Source of the DNA: Candidatus Velthaea sp.
Lineage (GTDB): Bacteria > Vulcanimicrobiota > Vulcanimicrobiia > Vulcanimicrobiales > Vulcanimicrobiaceae
Direction of reading: 5' to 3'
DNA length: 46,578 nt
NCBI GenBank assembly: GCA_050012475.1
Contig: JBEKHC010000034.1
Coordinates: 1 to 46,578 of the forward strand
Below the pieces are notes generated by a model. That model was not told the origin of the DNA. It saw only the letters and a list, made by a program, of their open reading frames with translations, and did no database searches. Positions within the stretch are counted from its first letter, which is position 1. Each line of letters begins with the position of its first letter. Below are positions 40,956-46,578 of this stretch, piece by piece. The translations under genes were made by a program, and so were the position numbers.

Positions 40956-41741
40956 TTACGCCTCAAGGTGTAGGACCAAAATCGTCGAGTCGTCCCGCAG
41001 CTCGCCTGCGGCGAACGCGCGCACCGTCTGAAACACCGAGTCTGCCAATTCCTGCGCGGGGAGGGCCCGGTGTGCGACGATATCCTCGCACAAACGGTCG
41101 ATCGTGAAGAGTTCGCCGCGCTCGTTGGTCGCTTCGGTGAGGCCGTCGGTATAGAGAACGATCGTGTCGCCCGGCGCGACCGGGATGCGTTGCTCGCGAT
41201 AAACCGTGCCGGCGTTGACGCCCAAAACGAGGCCGTGCGCCTCGGTCACGGCGACCCGCTGCGCGCCGGAACGCAGCACCAGTGCCGGTTCGTGGCCGGC
41301 ATTGACCAGTCGCAGCACACCGGCAGCGCGATCGACTTCACCGATCACGAACGTGACGAACGAGTCGTCATCCACGTCTTGGGTGACGACCGTGTTGGCA
41401 TGTTTGACGAGGACGGCGAGGTCGGCGGTGCCCAAAGCGGTGACCAGCCCGCGAACGAGATACCGCAGCATGAGCGCATTGAGCGCTGCCGCCAGCGACT
41501 TCCCCGAGGCGTCGCCCAGCGCGAAAACCACCCCGGCCCCACCGCTTGCGAATACGTCGATGTAGTCGCCGCCGACGAGCCGGGACGGCTCGGCCCGGAC
41601 GCCGAGTGCGATACCGTCGATCGGTGGAAGCGTGACCTCCAACAGGGCGTGCGCGATGCGGTCGGCCGCCAAATCGAAGTGCCGCTGCGCGTCCGCGCCG
41701 AAGGTCAGCGCGGCAATGGCGCGCCGGATTGCGGTATCCAT
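40956..41741 (-). CDS. Stand-alone PP2C (SpoIIE/RsbU-type) phosphatase
   Basis: VGGDYID, GDASGK, NAGH, YTDGLTE, DDST. Confidence 0.92.
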   Translation of the reverse strand: MDTAIRRAIAALTFGADAQRHFDLAADRIAHALLEVTLPPIDGIALGVRAEPSRLVGGDYIDVFASGGAGVVFALGDASGKSLAAALNALMLRYLVRGLVTALGTADLAVLVKHANTVVTQDVDDDSFVTFVIGEVDRAAGVLRLVNAGHEPALVLRSGAQRVAVTEAHGLVLGVNAGTVYREQRIPVAPGDTIVLYTDGLTEATNERGELFTIDRLCEDIVAHRALPAQELADSVFQTVRAFAAGELRDDSTILVLHLEA

Positions 41742-41837
41742 TCGAGCGGTCTTTCGCCCAAGGCCTAGCGGTTACTGGCAAGTCGGCGGCGCCGCCAGGG
41801 ACCTCTGGGCGAAAATCGAACGTACGTTTGTCATCAG

Positions 41838-42425
41838 ATGCGCCAACTCGGTCTCTTCGCAACGGCAGCTCAGCCGACAATCCTCATCGGTGACCGCGGC
41901 GACGTGCGGTATGTCCCCGCGTTTCTGGGTCGGGCTGACGCCGGCGAGCTTTTCACCGAATTGCAGCGTTCGACGACCTGGCGGGCTGATTCGCGCATGA
42001 TGTACGGGCGGCGGGTGCTCGTCCCGCGCGAGACGGCCGCGCGGGGCGAAAACTGTGCGCAGGATTGGAGCCCGGCGTTGCTGCGAGTGCGCGCGCGCAT
42101 CGAGGCCTACCTCGGAGAGGCGTTCGACTACGTGTTCATCAACCGGTACCGCAACGGAATGGATAGCGTCGCTTGGCACAGCGACGACGACGCTCAAAGC
42201 GATCCCCGGCGCACGATCGCCTCGCTGAGCCTGGGCGCCACGCGCACCTTCGAACTGCGCCCGCTGCGCGCGAGCGGGTTGAACCATAAGAAAATCGGCG
42301 TCGAGTTAGCCGATGGCGATCTGGTGGTTATGCGAGGAGCGACGCAACACAACTACGAGCATCGCATCCCCAAAGAACCGCGCGTCGCAGCGGAGCGCAT
42401 CAACCTAACCTTCCGCCAACGCTAG
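41838..42425 (+). CDS. AlkB-like 2OG-Fe(II) dioxygenase (ALKBH2/3 type)
   Basis: NRYRNGMDSVAWHSD, SLSLGATR, H...RINLTFR. Confidence 0.92.
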   Translation: MRQLGLFATAAQPTILIGDRGDVRYVPAFLGRADAGELFTELQRSTTWRADSRMMYGRRVLVPRETAARGENCAQDWSPALLRVRARIEAYLGEAFDYVFINRYRNGMDSVAWHSDDDAQSDPRRTIASLSLGATRTFELRPLRASGLNHKKIGVELADGDLVVMRGATQHNYEHRIPKEPRVAAERINLTFRQR

Positions 42426-42532
42426 TGTTGGGTTTACCCGACACATGACGACGGGCGGCTCGAGCGAAGCTCGAACGAAGGATCGACGAAGTCGATCCAC
42501 TAGGGTGTGGCGTCTCAGCAGTTCGCCTACAA

Positions 42533-42817
42533 AATCTCGCTCGTCTTTTCGCCCGGCTCATCGTCGTTCTCCGGTCACGTATCTACGGCTTCGCCGGGTG
42601 CACCGAACGAAGCCGAGGGAACCCATCTCATCACTCCTCGATCCGAACGAAAATCCTTCGCGATCTCTTGCGTGGAATTCCCGAGACAGCAACGCTACCG
42701 TGTCCCGACTCAGAAGTTGGCGGCATAATCTCGCTCGTCATTTCACCCAGCTCTCTGCCGTTGTCCGGTCACGAGCTACGGCTTCGCTGGGCGCACCGAG
42801 CGAAGCCGAGGGCACCC
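42533..42817. repeat. Two diverged ~91-bp structured direct repeats (42533-42624, 42727-42817)
   Basis: Shared AATCTCGCTCGTC...TCCGGTCACG...CTACGGCTTCGC...GCACCGA.CGAAGCCGAGGG.ACCC. Confidence 0.85.
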
Positions 42818-42839
42818 GTTTCAGTACACGACGAACCCT

Positions 42840-42915
42840 CGGCTTGCAGCGCAGCCGCAAACGCCACCGCGGCTCGGCCCGCGGGGCCGGACGCCGCAGC
42901 GGCATGAGCTGTGGC
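42840..42915. repeat. REP-like element copy 3
   Basis: 42840-42866 matches 2569-2595 at 25/27 nt, followed by a GC-rich stem. Confidence 0.7.
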
Positions 42916-42917
42916 GG

Positions 42918-45578
42918 TTACGGCGCGGCCGGTCCGGTGATGATGTGAACGAAGTCGTGGGGACGAATCCACTTCGCGATCGCAGTTTGCACCGTTGCCG
43001 GCGTCGCGGCGAGCACCTCAGCTGCTTCGCGCGTGAATTGATCGAGCGGCTGATCGCGCGCCGAGAGCGTCAGGAACTGGCTGCCGATCCCGTCGTACGA
43101 TTCGAGCGAGACCGGCAACTCGCCCAGCATTAACGCTTTCGCGCGCGTCAGGCGGTCGTCGTCCAGCGGCGTTTGCGCGAGCTTGGTCAAGTTGTCGACG
43201 ACGAGTTCGTCGGCGTGAGCGATGTTCTGCGGGTCGGCGCCGTACTGCACCGAGAACGTCGAACGGTTATGACCGGGCGCCAGGCTCGACGAAACCGTGT
43301 ACACGTAACCGCGTTTTACGCGCAGGTCCTCGAACAGCAGCGAGTTGAACCCGCTGCTCAGCACGGTGTTCGCCAAGCGCAGGACCGGGTAGTCCGCATC
43401 GTTGTAGTTCAAGGCGAGGGTTTCGGACAAGTTTACTTCGGATTGGATGCGTCCGGTGGCCGGGATCGTAGCGGTGTGCGCGGTGTTCGGCGGAACTTTG
43501 GGCGGATACAGATCGGGTTTCGGACCCAGTGCCTTCCAGTCGCCGAAATACTTGTCGACCGCGGCGCGGGCGGCGTCGGGCGTCACGTCGCCGATGACGA
43601 CGATCGTGGTGAGATCCGGCCGGTACGTCCGCGCGTACACGCTTTGTACGTCCGCCAGCGAAACGCTCGCCGCGGTCTGCGGCGTCGCGATGCGGCGCGC
43701 CGGATCGCCGGGAGGATACAGTGCTTGCACCAGCGCGCGGCGGGCAAGGAAGTCCGGACTCTTCACGCTCCCCGCGAGTTCGCCGACCGTTTGGTCCTTG
43801 ACGATCGCGAAGGCCTTGGCTGGGAATGCCGGGTGCAGTTCGTCGTCGGCGAGCAACTGCATACCGCGATCGAAATTCGCCGTGAGCACGTCGAGGGAGA
43901 AGCTCGGGCCGGTCGAGACGTCGGCTGCGATCTTGTCTAATTCGGTCTGATACGTCAGCCGGTCGTAGGTCTGGGTTCCGTACGGCAAGAGATCGCTGAT
44001 CATTCCATCGACGCCGTCCTTGCCGGGCGGATCCTCGACACCAGGATTCATTCCGATCTCTCCGCGCACCACGATCGTGCGCGAGATGTGCTCGGGCTGC
44101 ACGACGAGTTTGATGCCGTTCGGGAGCGTCGAGAGCGACGGCGCGAGCGTGGACGCCGGGACGTGCAGATTTGCGAGCACGTTCCGGGCAAAGTCGGGCA
44201 GGCCGGTGTGTTCGGTCGGCACGACGGTATTGTCCTCGCCGGCCCGGCCCGTGCTTGCGCCGCTGCCGTTCGCCGATTTGGGGGTGGCAATCCCCACCGC
44301 GGCGGTGTCGTTGTCATAATACGTTCGCAGAACGCGGTTGACGTCGTCGACCGTCACGCGCTGCAGGCCGGCGAGATCATCGTCAGGCGTGCGGTTTTCG
44401 ACCGCCAGCGTCTGACTCCACAGCGTCGCGAGACCCTGAACGGAATTACGCGAGAATTCCGCCTGCGCGACCTCGCGCTGCTTGGCCACGGCGACGAGTT
44501 CGGGCGGCAAGCCGTTTTTTTTATAGCCCGCGATCACGGCTTTGATGTCGTTGACCGCCGACGTTCCGGATGTCCCGAGCGCTACGGCCGAACCCACCAG
44601 GGATAAGCCGGCCTTGGGGTACGTCTGCGCTTGGGCGAAGGTTTGCAGCGCTTTGCCCGCTGCCTGTAACTCGAACAGCGCACCGCGCTGGCTGTTGAGG
44701 ACGTCGCTGAGAATCTCCGAAGCGAAATAATCCGGGTCATCGTATCCCGGCACGCGATATCCGACCATCCCCAGCGTGTACGGGAGGTCGCTGTCGTCGG
44801 TGAACGTCGTCGCCGTCAGCGGCTTGAGATCGACCGGAGCGCGCGCCGGAAGCTGCTGCGCCGGGATCGGTTCGAACAACGCTCGCACTTTGGCGATCGT
44901 CGTTTGCGGGTCGACGTCGCCCGCGATCACGTAGATCGCATTGTTGGGATGATACCAGCGCGCGTAAAACGTTTTGAGATCGGGCGCTTGAATCTGTTTG
45001 AAACTCGCGACGGTGCCCAGGCCGGGATCGGCGTAGGGCGAGCCCGCCAGGATGTGGCCGACCATTTTCTCGTAAAGACGGTACGAGGCATCGCTGTTGT
45101 CGCGCGTAACTTCCTGGGTGATCGCGCCGCGCTCCTGATCCCATAACGCTTGCGAATCGAGCACGCCTTGCGCGCGTGAAGCTTCGAGGTGCAGTGCGAT
45201 GTCCAAATACTGCGCGGGCATCTCGAAGAAAAACTGGGTTACCTCGTTTTGCGTGTCGGCGTTGAAGATGCCGCCGGTAACCGCTGTCGTGTCGGCGAAT
45301 TGCGATGCGGAGAGCGACGTGCTGCCGCGGAAGAGCATGTGCTCTTGCGCGTGTGCCAAACCGGTGATCGGCTCGTCGTCGGCACCGGCCTTGTAGTTGA
45401 GCCAAGTGGAGACGACCGGTGCAAGCGGGTCGCGCAGGACGACGACTTGCAGACCGTTCTTGAGCGTCGCTCGCGTAACGTCGACGGAGGCCGGAGCCGG
45501 CCCGCGCGCTGCGGCCGGCACCCACGGAAAAAGCGCGGTAGCGAGAATGACGGCGATCAGACGGGTGGCGTTTTTCAA
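42918..45578 (-). CDS. M16 (pitrilysin/PqqL-like) zinc peptidase, exported
   Basis: HAQEH inverted zinc motif, two M16 halves, signal peptide; TTG start with GGAG RBS. Confidence 0.92.
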   Translation of the reverse strand: MKNATRLIAVILATALFPWVPAAARGPAPASVDVTRATLKNGLQVVVLRDPLAPVVSTWLNYKAGADDEPITGLAHAQEHMLFRGSTSLSASQFADTTAVTGGIFNADTQNEVTQFFFEMPAQYLDIALHLEASRAQGVLDSQALWDQERGAITQEVTRDNSDASYRLYEKMVGHILAGSPYADPGLGTVASFKQIQAPDLKTFYARWYHPNNAIYVIAGDVDPQTTIAKVRALFEPIPAQQLPARAPVDLKPLTATTFTDDSDLPYTLGMVGYRVPGYDDPDYFASEILSDVLNSQRGALFELQAAGKALQTFAQAQTYPKAGLSLVGSAVALGTSGTSAVNDIKAVIAGYKKNGLPPELVAVAKQREVAQAEFSRNSVQGLATLWSQTLAVENRTPDDDLAGLQRVTVDDVNRVLRTYYDNDTAAVGIATPKSANGSGASTGRAGEDNTVVPTEHTGLPDFARNVLANLHVPASTLAPSLSTLPNGIKLVVQPEHISRTIVVRGEIGMNPGVEDPPGKDGVDGMISDLLPYGTQTYDRLTYQTELDKIAADVSTGPSFSLDVLTANFDRGMQLLADDELHPAFPAKAFAIVKDQTVGELAGSVKSPDFLARRALVQALYPPGDPARRIATPQTAASVSLADVQSVYARTYRPDLTTIVVIGDVTPDAARAAVDKYFGDWKALGPKPDLYPPKVPPNTAHTATIPATGRIQSEVNLSETLALNYNDADYPVLRLANTVLSSGFNSLLFEDLRVKRGYVYTVSSSLAPGHNRSTFSVQYGADPQNIAHADELVVDNLTKLAQTPLDDDRLTRAKALMLGELPVSLESYDGIGSQFLTLSARDQPLDQFTREAAEVLAATPATVQTAIAKWIRPHDFVHIITGPAAP

Positions 45579-45857
45579 ACTGCGGTACTCTCCGGATTGC
45601 GGCGATCGTGGGTTTGACGGCTCGATCACAGGGCCGGTACTCGAACCCGCAAGCAACGTTTCGGCGCGCGCAAGTGGGAGCACACGTGAGCCGCTCGCTC
45701 GCTTTGGCACGGCGAGGCATTCTCCCTGAGATTCTCCGCAGATTCCCCGCGCCGCAGTTCGCACTTTCCATGCGGCGAACCGGCCCGAACGAATGCGGTT
45801 TTGCACGCGCCGGGAGAGCGGCTCGGGCGGAGCCCCGCGATCGAGGAGGGGCGAGAT

Positions 45858-45886
45858 TGGACGCGGCAGCCCGAGCCTGATATAAT
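45858..45886 (+). promoter_or_regulatory. Sigma70 promoter of rplK-rplA
   Basis: TGGACG-17 nt-TATAAT with extended -10 TG. Confidence 0.75.
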
Positions 45887-46003
45887 GTCGCGTCGGGCGG
45901 CGCCAGTCGCCCGCGCTTCGCGTGCCGCACCCCGGGCCTCGCGGCGTTTTTTCGGGGGGAGACCGCCCGGCTCGTGGAGCGCAGCGGTCGAAAGGATCTT
46001 TTT

Positions 46004-46429
46004 ATGGCAAAGAAAGTCGTCGGGAAGATCGGCTTGGCCCTCAACGCGGGCAAAGCAACCCCGGCCCCGCCGGTCGGCCCTGCCCTCGGCCCGTACTCGC
46101 TCAACATCATGGATTTCTGCAAGCAGTACAACGAGCGCACGCAGGGCCAGGTCGGCATGATCATCCCCGTCGAGATCACCGTTTTCGACGACCGGACGTT
46201 CACGTTCGTCACCAAGACGCCCCCTGCGTCGTTCTTGATCAAGCGCGCACTAGGGATCGAATCCGGCTCCAAGGAGCCCAATCGCAACAAAGTCGGCAAA
46301 TTGACCCAAGCCCAAGTTCGTGAGATCGCGACGACCAAGATGCCCGATCTCAATGCCAACGATATCGAGATGGCGATGAACATCATCGCGGGCACCGCGC
46401 GTTCGATGGGCGTCGAGGTGGCCTCGTAA
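46004..46429 (+). CDS. rplK: 50S ribosomal protein L11
   Basis: [15 protein letters not shown]...KTPPAS...IAGTARSMG. Confidence 0.99.
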   Translation: MAKKVVGKIGLALNAGKATPAPPVGPALGPYSLNIMDFCKQYNERTQGQVGMIIPVEITVFDDRTFTFVTKTPPASFLIKRALGIESGSKEPNRNKVGKLTQAQVREIATTKMPDLNANDIEMAMNIIAGTARSMGVEVAS

Positions 46430-46578
46430 TGGCGCACCGGTACGGCAAACGTCTGCGCGCGCTCGCCGCGGACTTCGATTCGGATCGGCTCTACGACGCG
46501 GTCGAGGCGGCGGGCCTGGTCAAAAAGAATGCCAACGCCAAGTTCAATGAAACCGTCGAGATCCACATCCGGCTCGGC
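46429..46578 (+). CDS. rplA: 50S ribosomal protein L1, 5' part (truncated)
   Basis: MAHRYGKRL...AKFNETVEIHIRLG; TAATG overlap with rplK. Confidence 0.95.
   Translation, partial: MAHRYGKRLRALAADFDSDRLYDAVEAAGLVKKNANAKFNETVEIHIRLG

Noticed and set aside
42445..42948. ORFs across the repeat regions (also 37147-37467)
   Set aside because: Arg/Ser-rich translations of structured non-coding repeats with no convincing RBS or protein motifs

Overview
High-GC bacterial chromosome segment. The RpoB sequence looks Terrabacteria-like; a Ca. Eremiobacterota-like host is my inference only. The left part is housekeeping and signalling: mutS2 3' end, tyrS, hslO, HU, tRNA-Pro(GGG), RNase HI, a polysaccharide deacetylase, a diguanylate cyclase and a TetR regulator. 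The middle holds two ion-handling loci. (1) A kdpFABC operon whose regulator appears rebuilt: a soluble protein with two tandem KdpD-N/Usp modules, a separate TM-GAF-kinase and a NarL-type response regulator instead of KdpE, plus mgtC. (2) A tightly coupled operon of an RcnA-like transporter, a NiCoT permease, a DUF4331 protein split in two and a TPR protein. It shares an ECF-sigma-like promoter (ATCC-N16-CGTT) with a nearby fasciclin gene. The right part has a stand-alone rpoB with its own promoter, a leader hairpin, tandem terminators, a ~160-aa acidic tail and no adjacent rpoC or rplL. It is followed by ABC-F, PP2C, AlkB-like and M16 peptidase genes, then rplK-rplA without nusG. Two families of structured intergenic repeats recur. 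I found no CRISPR array, transposase or prophage. All family assignments come from motif recognition by eye; no database searches were run.
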